Shown here piece after piece: positions 8,727 through 16,892 of a stretch of 27,847 nucleotides of DNA. The notes beneath the pieces are model-generated. The model did not search any database and was not told the origin of the DNA. It saw only the letters and a program-made list of their open reading frames with translations. Position numbers and translations under genes: made by a program. Each line of letters starts with the position of its first letter. Within the stretch, counting starts at the first letter, position 1. Source of the DNA: a virus (lineage: Duplodnaviria; Caudoviricetes); the IMG/VR virus record IMGVR_UViG_3300005805_000368, positions 1-27,847 of that record; one strand, 5' to 3'.

Positions 8727-9632
8727 CTATAAACATATTTTTCCAGTTCTAAAATTCAAACCAGAAAACTCTTCGTAATCGTCTAGGGTTCTCGCCGTGC
8801 CAAGTGCTCCTTCGCCGACTATTCGTTCACTGAATATCCTTCTGTATTCTTCTTTTGATTCCTTGTCTTTGACTTGCCAAATGTCTGGATGGTCTATCCA
8901 GACATGGTGGCGTCGTACTTTGGCAAAAGGTTGTAGCGAATGATATAGATGCCAAACGCTGTGGGCGAATGGCATTACCAGGTCAAACCCATGGGTGAAA
9001 GCACGCGCTGCGATAAGTGGCTCTTCACCCCAGAAAGCAATCTTGGGATTTGGTTTAATGTGAGCAAACTCCCCAAGGGTGAAGATGTTGCCTCCTGATA
9101 CGGATTTGATGAAGCCGCAATCGTTTGAAAGCATTTTTGCGGTCTGTGTTGGAATCAATGTTTCTTCAAACTCTTTTATGTTTTCGCCAAACCAGATTCC
9201 CGTTTGATAAAAAGAGTGTTCGGCATATTGTTCTTTGCCGTTGTCATCGTAGATGTAATTAGCAGGGTATTGAGTAATGAGGGGTTTGGCTAAACCCATG
9301 TCTTGATATTTGGTGACAGCCTGAATACATATTTCATCCCAATTCTTTTCAAATCGCATATGTGCGTCAATTTGGAAGTAGTAATCTTCCCCGTCATAAA
9401 ACTCGTTGGCTATGTGTCTTGCTTTCTGTAGACCTATGTTTTCGGGGGCGATACTGGTCTTGATTGACACATTGGGTTTCTTGGCGACCACAACTTCGCC
9501 TTCGAATGCGACACAGTTGTGCACTCCGAAACGAATAGTGTTGTTTCCGCTTGACTGTTTGATGCAGTCTTTTATCGTCTTGGGGAGTTCAAAATCTCTG
9601 TAAGAGGGTATTTGAACGAATATTGATGACAT
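8727..9632 (-). CDS. GT60-like glycosyltransferase (Skp1-hydroxyproline / polypeptide GlcNAc-transferase, Gnt1-like)
   Basis: SIFVQIPSYRD, KARHIANEFYDGEDYYFQIDAHMRFEKNWD (DxH), FWGEE...RAFTHGFD, WHLY, GTARTLDDYEEFSG match the Gnt1/GT60 motifs as I recall them. Confidence 0.85.
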   Translation of the reverse strand: MSSIFVQIPSYRDFELPKTIKDCIKQSSGNNTIRFGVHNCVAFEGEVVVAKKPNVSIKTSIAPENIGLQKARHIANEFYDGEDYYFQIDAHMRFEKNWDEICIQAVTKYQDMGLAKPLITQYPANYIYDDNGKEQYAEHSFYQTGIWFGENIKEFEETLIPTQTAKMLSNDCGFIKSVSGGNIFTLGEFAHIKPNPKIAFWGEEPLIAARAFTHGFDLVMPFAHSVWHLYHSLQPFAKVRRHHVWIDHPDIWQVKDKESKEEYRRIFSERIVGEGALGTARTLDDYEEFSGLNFRTGKICL

Positions 9633-9857
9633 TCACCATTTGCCTATTGGACAGACGGCATTGGCAATTTTTGTTTTGAGAGCCATGAAGCATCCGCATT
9701 CCCTGCATTGTTTGGTGGCTCGTATAAGTCGTGGACAAGCATCACATATTTCCATGCGTTTGTGAGCAATGTCCCCGTCGGTGTGTTTTGCTGAATTAAG
9801 GGCATCCCATGGTCTTGTGTCGCCCAATTTCTTTTTGTATTCTTCCCATTTACTCAT
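9633..9857 (-). CDS. Small 6-Cys protein, DUF6171-like (paralog of 516..743)
   Basis: Start moved to ATG 9857 (ATGA overlap with the upstream stop). MSKWEEYKKK..PWD...RMEICDAC...TKQCRECGCFMALKTK...CPIGKW aligns end to end with 516..743. Confidence 0.85.
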   Translation of the reverse strand: MSKWEEYKKKLGDTRPWDALNSAKHTDGDIAHKRMEICDACPRLIRATKQCRECGCFMALKTKIANAVCPIGKW

Positions 9858-10270
9858 TGGTAAAACTTCTCTCCGTCCCATAACCATCCTGGGGTTTGCA
9901 CTGAAAGACAATTGTTTGTGCAATCGGGGGTCTGTTCAATGATGATTGGATTACTGGCGAGTATCGCATAATGGTCTTCATCGGATTCTTCAAAAACTAT
10001 TGTCTCGTATGATTCGCCAGAGCCAACGCCGACCGTGAGGTTGTTCAAATCAACTATGTTCCCCTGACCGCCAAGAAGCAAATCAGCGTAAGGAGAATAA
10101 ACGATGTCTATGAATTCGACCGTGTTGCCAATGATGAACAACAAAACCCTGCCTTTGTTATCTTGGAATTCAGGACTGTGGAGTGCGTACTCGCTTTCGC
10201 CTACAGACACCCACCTATAGCCGCGCTCCACACCGTGATTGAGAATCATGCCACTAGTTGAAGTAATCAT
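9854..10270 (-). CDS. Hypothetical protein with SNPIIIE and GWLWDGEKF motifs (paralog of 166..519)
   Basis: C-terminus ILASNPIIIE...PGWLWDGEKF versus CLRSNPTIIE...AGWTYDGTNF; same position in the cassette; AGGA RBS. Confidence 0.75.
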   Translation of the reverse strand: MITSTSGMILNHGVERGYRWVSVGESEYALHSPEFQDNKGRVLLFIIGNTVEFIDIVYSPYADLLLGGQGNIVDLNNLTVGVGSGESYETIVFEESDEDHYAILASNPIIIEQTPDCTNNCLSVQTPGWLWDGEKFYQ

Positions 10271-10287
10271 TGGACTATCCTACATCC

Positions 10288-10863
10288 TTAGCATTGTGTG
10301 TTGAAGGCTTGGAAAGTCGCCACGCAACCTGTGTTCACCTGATATTCCGCACAGGCGCCGTTTGCCGCTGCCAACGCAGTACATGTGAAAGTTGGAGGCG
10401 GAGCGGCGGTGGTGGTCGTAGTAGTGAACTCTGGGAAGAATGGGAAGAACGGTGGTGTCGTGAATTCTGGGAAGAATGGGAAGAACGGGAAGAACGGTGG
10501 TGTCGTGAATTCTGGGAAGAACGGGAAAAACGGTGGAGTCGTGAACGTCGGGAAAAATGGTGGTGCGACTGGCGTTACCGCATTTGAAGCACTAGAAACC
10601 GCACTTACTCCGTAGCCACTAATTGTCGTAACCGTAAAAGTGTAAGAAGTGCCGTTACTCAATCCCGTGATAGTCAAGGGGGAACTTGCGCCCGATGCGG
10701 TTAGTCCGCTTGGGCTAGAAGTTGCCACATAGGTTGCAACACCTTTGCCGTCATGGGCAGGAAGCGTAAAAGTAACTGTTGCTTGAGCGTTACCAGCCGA
10801 AGCACTGACCGATGTAGGTGGGTCGACGTACTTTCCTTGACTAGATGTATTGCCTGGAATCAC
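10288..10863 (-). CDS. Fibronectin type III domain + (TT)PPFFPFFP(EF) repeats + Thr/Pro linker + 4-Cys tail; probable tail-associated protein
   Basis: PPTSVSASAGNAQATVTF..P...TITGLSNGTSYTFTV is an Fn3 pattern; repeats at aa 101-146; GTG start overlaps the stop of the tail-fibre-like gene (GTGA). Confidence 0.85.
   Translation of the reverse strand: MIPGNTSSQGKYVDPPTSVSASAGNAQATVTFTLPAHDGKGVATYVATSSPSGLTASGASSPLTITGLSNGTSYTFTVTTISGYGVSAVSSASNAVTPVAPPFFPTFTTPPFFPFFPEFTTPPFFPFFPFFPEFTTPPFFPFFPEFTTTTTTAAPPPTFTCTALAAANGACAEYQVNTGCVATFQAFNTQC
10426..10563 (-). repeat. Coding tandem repeats: 9-nt PFF unit nested in 27-45-nt (TT)PPFF(PFF)nP(E/T)F units
   Basis: The + strand shows repeated gggaagaa(c/t) and ggtggtgtcgtgaattctgggaagaa; four units carry 1, 2, 3 and 2 PFF copies in protein order. 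Confidence 0.95.
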
Positions 10864-11744
10864 GAGGCACTCAAATCACCCATCAGCATCCAAATGTTCG
10901 TGTCACACTTAAGGAGCGTCGCCGACGAGTATTGCGCCCGTAAGTAAGCGCCAGGGGTCGCATAAATAGTTACAGTTCCTGAAACGGGAATCACTTGTGT
11001 TTTTCCTGTTCCGTATTGAATGATATGAATTTGTGACCCAACAGGGAAGGCAACAGAAGCGTTCGTGGGAACCGTAACAGTATTGGCTGTTGATGTTACA
11101 TTCATTTTAATAAACTTGTTTTTATCGGTCAAAGCAAGCGTGTAAGACGAACTTTTTTCGTCAATTGTTGCGTCTGCCAGTTTTCCCAAGTCAATAGCAG
11201 CAGAATCATTGATATCGGCGTTAACGATAACGCCAGAACCAATAGCGGTTACTCCAGCACCTGTAATTGTTACATCGCCAGAAATTGTCGTGGCGGTAAC
11301 AACACCAGTAGTAGTCGTTCCAAGCAGAACCTGTCCTGCTGTTGCATTGGCAAGTTTGCTGTGGGCAATTGCCGCCGACGAATTAATGTCCGCATTAACG
11401 ATTGTTCCGTCAGCAATTTTGGCTGAAGTAACAGCATCATCGGCAAGTTTTGCTGTGGTGACCGCAAGTGAGGCAATTTTGGCTGTAGTAATTTCGCCGT
11501 CTTCTACCTGTGCGCCAATTTCAACCCAATTGTTTGTGTTGTCGTATAAATAAAGTTTGTTGTCGGAAAAAAGGTAGGCGAGACGACCCGCGCTCAAAGA
11601 CGGTTCGCCAGCACCCCCAAAAGCAGCATCGCGGGCAGCGCTGTCCGCGAAATATGCGACAACCTGATCCATTAAGTATGTGTTTACTTCGGTTGCGGTT
11701 AATTGGCTACCAGCAGTAAACAGTTTGACGCCTGCGCCAGCCAT
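10860..11744 (-). CDS. Tail fibre / minor tail protein-like
   Basis: 10-aa repeats (DGEITTAKIA, SLAVTTAKLA, DDAVTSAKIA, DGTIVNADIN); C-terminal YTLALTD...VTVPTNASVAFPVG...LRAQYSSATL...GDL domain of a type I recognise from phage tail proteins; GAGG RBS. Confidence 0.7.
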   Translation of the reverse strand: MAGAGVKLFTAGSQLTATEVNTYLMDQVVAYFADSAARDAAFGGAGEPSLSAGRLAYLFSDNKLYLYDNTNNWVEIGAQVEDGEITTAKIASLAVTTAKLADDAVTSAKIADGTIVNADINSSAAIAHSKLANATAGQVLLGTTTTGVVTATTISGDVTITGAGVTAIGSGVIVNADINDSAAIDLGKLADATIDEKSSSYTLALTDKNKFIKMNVTSTANTVTVPTNASVAFPVGSQIHIIQYGTGKTQVIPVSGTVTIYATPGAYLRAQYSSATLLKCDTNIWMLMGDLSAS

Positions 11745-11778
11745 TCAAACCTCTATTTCTTTCTGTGAAGTTATTTAG

Positions 11779-11829
11779 ATTATACATCAAAAACACCTAG
11801 TTTTTAATGAGTGCTTAATGTTGTAAAAT
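11779..11829. promoter_or_regulatory. Back-to-back putative promoters (TGATGTATAAT on - at 11779-11789; TGTTGTAAAAT on + at 11819-11829)
   Basis: -10-like hexamers preceded by TGNTG in a divergent intergenic gap; same motif at 15939 and 19295. Confidence 0.55.
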
Positions 11830-11847
11830 TATCCTCGGGGTTCTTCA

Positions 11848-14800
11848 TTGCTTCATCGGTTATTTTCTCTTAAGCGCTTCTTCGCGTGCATCATCCCTTT
11901 GTCTCTGCTCGCACTTTTTATCCCTTTTGCTTCCCCAGCCCAAGCAGTGAGTAACTGCGATACTGCCTACTCTGCCTCCAACTTCACCCTCGGGGGAGTT
12001 GCCTCTGACTCCTCTGGAACCGTGACCTTGACACCCAATGCTGGTAGTCAATTTGGCGCTATTTGGAACAAATCCAGAGTAAACCTTTCTAGCGATTTTT
12101 GTGTTATTGCAGATGTTTATCTTGGCGCCGACGACTACGGTGCTGATGGTCTTGCATTTGTGATGCAACCAAACTCGGTTGCCGCTGGAAGCACTGGTGG
12201 CGGTCTTGGCTATGCAGGCATAACTCCGTCCTTTGCGGTTGAATACGACACTTATTACAACGGTGGAGATTTATACAACGACCATGTTGCGCTAATGAAA
12301 AATGGCAATGTAGTCTCTCACAACTTATGGGGTGTAAATGCCGTTGATGTAGGGAACATTGAAGATAACCAGTGGCATAAAACTAAAATTTATTGGGACT
12401 CGGTAGATAACAAAGTTTCAGTTTGGCTTGATAAAAATGCTGACGGTGACACCGACGATTTTGGGGAAACTCTGTTCGACGCCATATCTGCAAACCTTGA
12501 GGCAAACTTTAGTGGCGAGGTGTATTGGGGTTTTACCGCCGCAACTGGTGGAGCAGTCAATCTTCAACAAGTAAGAAATATCACCTACACGGGCGTTGCT
12601 CGCACCAATGCTCCCCCCACAGCAAGCACGGAACCAGTACTTAATGATTCAGTTATTATCGGTCAAGCGACTGTAATCCCGTTTGTTGTCGCTGACGACG
12701 AAACAACACAAGCCCAATGGTCTTTTACTAAGACATCTTCAAACACAACTGTTGTTCCACTCAATGCAATTTCTATTTCTATGTCGAGCGCGACTAATGG
12801 AACTATAAGTATTACGCCAGCCTCAGCAGGTAGTTCAACTGTAGTAATAGGTATTCAAGATGCTGATGGCTCTGCGCTTTCCTACACCCTAAGCGTTACG
12901 GCAACTCCACCCTCACTGCAAGTTACAAGTCTTCTTGATGACGGTTCAAGCGGAACTCTTCGTTGGGCAATTACTCAAGCCAATGCAACTTCTGGTGGAA
13001 TCTATGATGCAATATCTTTTGATGCCGATGGCGTCATCACGCTGACTAGCGCTCTACCGCAGATAACACAAAGTCTCACGGTCACTGGAAACGGCAGAAC
13101 ACAAACCGTGATTGATGGCAACAACCTATACCGACCGTTCAATGTCGCATCGGGAAGAACATTGACAATATCCAACATGACCCTCAAACAGGGTCAAGCG
13201 ACTAATGGCGGTTTAATATTCAACGGTCAAGGAACAGTTAGCGCAACCAATATTCGTTTCACAGGAATGAATGGCGGCTCTGCCGTGTTTAACAACAACG
13301 GAGTAAGCACGGCGACGTACACAAACTGTACTTTTGATTATCTCAATGTTGGTATTGCTGGCGACTACGGTTCAACTCCACAACTCGCTGCTGGTGTCAC
13401 GACTTGGGCAAATGAACAAGACTCAGTGTTTCAAAACAAGACCTATGTAGTCAACAGCGTATTCACAAACAACACTTACGGCATCAATAACTATCGTTTT
13501 ACCAAAATTCAAAACTCGCAATTTACGAACAATAGTTATGGAGCCAATGTCACTGGCTTGAATCGCACTCAAATACTTAATTCAACTTTTACGAGTAACG
13601 GCATTGGTATTTACCACAACTCTTGGATTCCAACTACATTCAACATGGGGACAGACAATCGTCTGATAACTGGTAACACATTTACCAACAACAGCATTTC
13701 AATATATCTAGACGACACATACAACAACGGTCAAAAAAATCAGTCGTGGTCAACAATAACTGGCAACACCTGGGATGCACTCGGCGTCTGGGTTCGTTAC
13801 TACCAGTGGAACGGAACAACCAACGCAATTGGAACTGCTCGCCCCTACACCACTGGAACCGTGTTTGCGCAGAGTTCAAATACGTTTCCAAACACCATCG
13901 GTGAGCCAACTAATTTGACGGTTACCAAAAGCAACTCAAATATTATTCTTGATTGGGATGCGCCCAGTGAAGGCGGGTATCTTCCAGAGCGTTATGCAAT
14001 CTTTTTTACGACAGGCGACCTTGCTGGTTGGGGTGTGGCAACTGGAAATGTCGGTGACGCCAATGCCCTAAATACCGAATACACATTTACTGAATCTTTC
14101 TTTAATGGATTTGGTGTTGAGTCTGGCTCAACTTGGCGATTCAAAATCCGTTCAGACAACGACACCTACAGTAAATATTCTGCTTTTACTAGTGAAGCAT
14201 CAATTCCAATTGGAACTCCGCCACCAACTACTACAAGTAGCACCACGACCACTACTAGCACCACGACCACTACTAGCACCACAACTACGACTGTTTATGT
14301 TCCGCCAGTTGATTCTGGTGGAAGCGAGGAGGACGACTCGTCACCAACAGGTACCACTTTGCCACCAGAGCCCACGCCAGAGCCTGAACCAGAAGCCACT
14401 TTGCCGACGCTCCCAGAAGAAACAGAGCCTGAAGACGAAGGAACAACCATAACAGTTCCAGTATTTCCCGTAATACCAGAAGAGGAAGAAGAAGCAAGTC
14501 CAGTAACCACATACCCTGATTCTAACGACGGTCCAGACGATAATGACTCAAACACAATCCTTTTACCAAATAACCCTGACCCCGATGACATTGCAGATGC
14601 GATTGAGGAAGTTGACTTTACGGAAATTTCAGACAGCGACTTTGACAAAACGATTGATGCCGTATTTGACAACATAGAAAACCCCGAAGACGTAGCCGAT
14701 GTGATTGGCTCGTTCCTTGAAGCAGATATTTCTGACGAGCAATTTGAAGCGGTGCTTGACAAAGTATTTGAAGATATTTCAGACACAGAAAAAGCAACTG

Positions 14801-15924
14801 CAGTTATTACATCTTTGCTATCTGAAAACTTAAGCGACGAAGAACTTGGTTCGGTTATGGAAGCAGTATTCAACGAGGAAGCAACCGTCGACGAGATGGC
14901 TGCGGTTGTGGGCGACCTTCTTGACAAAGACCTAGATGTTCAAGAACTTGACGCAATGTTTGAAGCAGTGTTTGATGAAGAACTTTCAGACAAAGAAACA
15001 ATTGACCTCATTGTGGATGTGTTGGCGGAAGACCTCACCGCAGAAGCACTTGGTTCTGCTTTGAATGCGGTGTTTGACGAAGAAGTAAGCAACGAAGTTT
15101 TGGTTGCAACTTTCACTGCTGTTCTGGGTAACGAACTTGACGGGGATTCCGTCGAGATAATCGTAGAAGTCCTTGAATCTGACTCGATTTCTGGAGAACA
15201 AGTAGCAACGGTTGTCACATTAATCATCGAACAAGAGGGTGGTGTTGATGCGGAACAAGCAACGGAATTGGCAACAAGCGCAAAAGTGCTGGAAAGCATC
15301 AGTGGAGAACAGGCAACGGAAGTGTTTGATGCGATCGCTGTTGCCGAGGTCTCGGAAGAAGAGGGTGTTGAAATTGCCGAGGCACTTGCGGAAGCGCCTA
15401 ATGATGTAAAAGAGGCGTTTGAAGAAGAAATCAATGTGTTCGCAGGTGTGTTTGACACCTATATTGCTTTGGGTTCAAATATTGATGTTGGCGACCGTCG
15501 AACTGTAATCGCCGTAGGAGCCGCTGTGAGCCTCGCAGGCGCTGCCGTGGCGATTGGTGGGGTAAGTCCGTCATCTGGTGGTGGAGCACCACCAGGAGGC
15601 TCTGGAAGCCCTTCAGGGCATAACAATGATGTCGCTCGCAAGCCAGAAGAAGAAGAGATGAACGGAGAACTCGCTTGGGACGGTGTGGAGTGGATAAAGC
15701 AGTTAAGTATTTTCAGGTATAATAATGGGGTTAAAATTTTAGATTGGGGTCTTTTTATGAAGAAATTTACATTTGGTCTTATGAATTTGGGTTTCACTAT
15801 TTCGGGGTCGCTGGTTGTCTACTTGACGCTTTCGGGGACTATCCAAAGAATTGCTGGAATCTCATCCGTTCTTGCGCTTGTCGGCGCAATGTATCTACAC
15901 ATGCGAGAACCTGACAACAATTAA
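11848..15924 (+). CDS. Large secreted, membrane-anchored protein: signal peptide, L-type lectin-like domain, Ig-like domain, parallel beta-helix, Fn3-like domain, Thr/Pro/Glu stalk, acidic helical repeats, C-terminal hydrophobic segments
   Basis: Hydrophobic leader ending AQA; GADGLAFVMQ, FAVEYDTY, VYWGFTAATGG (legume lectin); GTLRWAI and FTNN repeats; PTNLTV..LDWDAP; AVF-D/N-E repeats at ~34-aa spacing; hydrophobic C-terminal segments. The TTG start is uncertain. Confidence 0.8.
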   Translation: MLHRLFSLKRFFACIIPLSLLALFIPFASPAQAVSNCDTAYSASNFTLGGVASDSSGTVTLTPNAGSQFGAIWNKSRVNLSSDFCVIADVYLGADDYGADGLAFVMQPNSVAAGSTGGGLGYAGITPSFAVEYDTYYNGGDLYNDHVALMKNGNVVSHNLWGVNAVDVGNIEDNQWHKTKIYWDSVDNKVSVWLDKNADGDTDDFGETLFDAISANLEANFSGEVYWGFTAATGGAVNLQQVRNITYTGVARTNAPPTASTEPVLNDSVIIGQATVIPFVVADDETTQAQWSFTKTSSNTTVVPLNAISISMSSATNGTISITPASAGSSTVVIGIQDADGSALSYTLSVTATPPSLQVTSLLDDGSSGTLRWAITQANATSGGIYDAISFDADGVITLTSALPQITQSLTVTGNGRTQTVIDGNNLYRPFNVASGRTLTISNMTLKQGQATNGGLIFNGQGTVSATNIRFTGMNGGSAVFNNNGVSTATYTNCTFDYLNVGIAGDYGSTPQLAAGVTTWANEQDSVFQNKTYVVNSVFTNNTYGINNYRFTKIQNSQFTNNSYGANVTGLNRTQILNSTFTSNGIGIYHNSWIPTTFNMGTDNRLITGNTFTNNSISIYLDDTYNNGQKNQSWSTITGNTWDALGVWVRYYQWNGTTNAIGTARPYTTGTVFAQSSNTFPNTIGEPTNLTVTKSNSNIILDWDAPSEGGYLPERYAIFFTTGDLAGWGVATGNVGDANALNTEYTFTESFFNGFGVESGSTWRFKIRSDNDTYSKYSAFTSEASIPIGTPPPTTTSSTTTTTSTTTTTSTTTTTVYVPPVDSGGSEEDDSSPTGTTLPPEPTPEPEPEATLPTLPEETEPEDEGTTITVPVFPVIPEEEEEASPVTTYPDSNDGPDDNDSNTILLPNNPDPDDIADAIEEVDFTEISDSDFDKTIDAVFDNIENPEDVADVIGSFLEADISDEQFEAVLDKVFEDISDTEKATAVITSLLSENLSDEELGSVMEAVFNEEATVDEMAAVVGDLLDKDLDVQELDAMFEAVFDEELSDKETIDLIVDVLAEDLTAEALGSALNAVFDEEVSNEVLVATFTAVLGNELDGDSVEIIVEVLESDSISGEQVATVVTLIIEQEGGVDAEQATELATSAKVLESISGEQATEVFDAIAVAEVSEEEGVEIAEALAEAPNDVKEAFEEEINVFAGVFDTYIALGSNIDVGDRRTVIAVGAAVSLAGAAVAIGGVSPSSGGGAPPGGSGSPSGHNNDVARKPEEEEMNGELAWDGVEWIKQLSIFRYNNGVKILDWGLFMKKFTFGLMNLGFTISGSLVVYLTLSGTIQRIAGISSVLALVGAMYLHMREPDNN
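14238..14282 (+). repeat. 18-bp tandem repeat (tagcaccacgaccactac x2.5) encoding STTTTT
   Basis: Units start at 14238, 14256 and 14274 (partial). Confidence 0.9.
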
Positions 15925-15938
15925 TGTAATATATCTTA

Positions 15939-15949
15939 TGGTGTATAAT
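15939..15949 (+). promoter_or_regulatory. Putative promoter TGGTGTATAAT upstream of the lysis cassette
   Basis: Perfect TATAAT with TGNTG prefix, 37 nt before the endolysin ATG. Confidence 0.6.
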
Positions 15950-15986
15950 ATTTGAGTTGTACCCATAAAGATAAAGGTTTTTTAAC

Positions 15987-16754
15987 ATGGCAAAAGTCGC
16001 TTGGGACTACATTGTTCCCGTAAAAATGCCCAAAGATTTGAAGGGCATTGAACCTGGCAAACTCCCTGACTCACTCCTGCGCCCAATCAAAGGTGGCGGA
16101 AAACTTCATTGGCTTGCCGCAAACGCATGGAATGCGATGGTCGCAAAAGCGAACGCAGACGGACTTGAATTAAAACCGACTTCGTCGGGCGACCTATATC
16201 GAGATTACGAGAGCCAGAAAAAAGGTTTTCTTACCCGCTATCAACTTGAACCAATCAAAGGGTCAAGCACTAAAGAATTTGAAGGCAAAACTTGGTACCT
16301 CAAAAAGGGTATGGCGATGCTTGCGACCCCAGGTAAATCGATGCATAACCTCGGAATTGCCGTTGATGTTCATTCGGCTGGTGAACCCAAGCGTCTCAAT
16401 TGGTTGATTGCCAATGTTAAAGATTTTGGATTTTCATGGGAAGTGGTTCCAAGCGAACCCTGGCATTTGCGCTATGTGTGCGGTGATACCCCACCACCAG
16501 CGGTAGTTGCGTTCGGCGGAGAAGCCGCACCAGAGCCATCTACGAAGGTTTCAAAACCTGCTTCAGCGCCAGCAGACGAAAACCATGCCATTCAGCAAGC
16601 GTTGAAAGATAAGGGATTTTACAACGGAGCGATTGACGGGAACATCGCTAGCGCGGACTTCCAGCAAGCGCTAAAAAGTTTCAAACAAAAGAATGGTTTG
16701 AATCCAGATTTTGTTATCGGCGGAAAAGTCAAAGCATTGTTGGGTTTGTCATGA
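15987..16754 (+). CDS. Endolysin: M15 (VanY-like) zinc peptidase + C-terminal peptidoglycan-binding domain
   Basis: YRDYESQ, ATPGKSMHNLGIAVD (SxHxxGxAxD), EPWH; Pro/Ala linker; IQQALKDKGFYNGAIDG...FKQKNGLNPDFVIG. Confidence 0.88.
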   Translation: MAKVAWDYIVPVKMPKDLKGIEPGKLPDSLLRPIKGGGKLHWLAANAWNAMVAKANADGLELKPTSSGDLYRDYESQKKGFLTRYQLEPIKGSSTKEFEGKTWYLKKGMAMLATPGKSMHNLGIAVDVHSAGEPKRLNWLIANVKDFGFSWEVVPSEPWHLRYVCGDTPPPAVVAFGGEAAPEPSTKVSKPASAPADENHAIQQALKDKGFYNGAIDGNIASADFQQALKSFKQKNGLNPDFVIGGKVKALLGLS

Positions 16755-16885
16755 GCAAGTATGCGCAAGGAGTGGGCACGGTAAAAGAGGTTCGCAACGA
16801 GGCATTCCTTTCTTCCGTCGTTACCGAAGTTGACGCAAAGCCATCCAAGAAAAGTTCTAAGAAAAAGAAATCAACAAAGGAGTAA
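16751..16885 (+). CDS. Small basic protein (44 aa)
   Basis: Not in the track. ATGA overlap with the endolysin stop; MSKYAQGVGTVKEVRNEAFLSSVVTEVDAKPSKKSSKKKKSTKE*; fills the gap to the next gene. Confidence 0.6.
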   Translation: MSKYAQGVGTVKEVRNEAFLSSVVTEVDAKPSKKSSKKKKSTKE

Positions 16886-16892
16886 TCTTGTC

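Noticed and set aside
758-9632. Oxygenase + glycosyltransferase cluster as a DNA hypermodification (TET/JBP-type) system
   Set aside because: Motifs (YLNDDYEGGE, H-x9-K/R) look P4H-like, not TET/JBP- or AlkB-like. The GT60 family acts on protein, the neighbours are tail-type genes, and no C5-methyltransferase or thymidylate-synthase homolog is nearby. Disfavoured, not excluded.
10426-10563. CRISPR-like array
   Set aside because: Repeats are contiguous, in multiples of 3 nt, have no unique spacers and lie inside a CDS; no cas genes.
10270-10615. Plus-strand ORFs (WEEWEER and SGKNGKNGG repeats)
   Set aside because: Antisense shadows of the PFFP repeat; the minus-strand frame has an Fn3 domain, a coupled start and a paralog.
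10860-10863. Programmed frameshift fusing the tail-fibre-like gene to the PFFP gene
   Set aside because: The junction is an ordinary GTGA start/stop overlap; I see no slippery heptamer.
14295-15797. Long Ser-rich minus-strand ORFs (210, 172, 112 aa)
   Set aside because: Reverse complements of the Asp/Glu-rich part of the 1358-aa gene.
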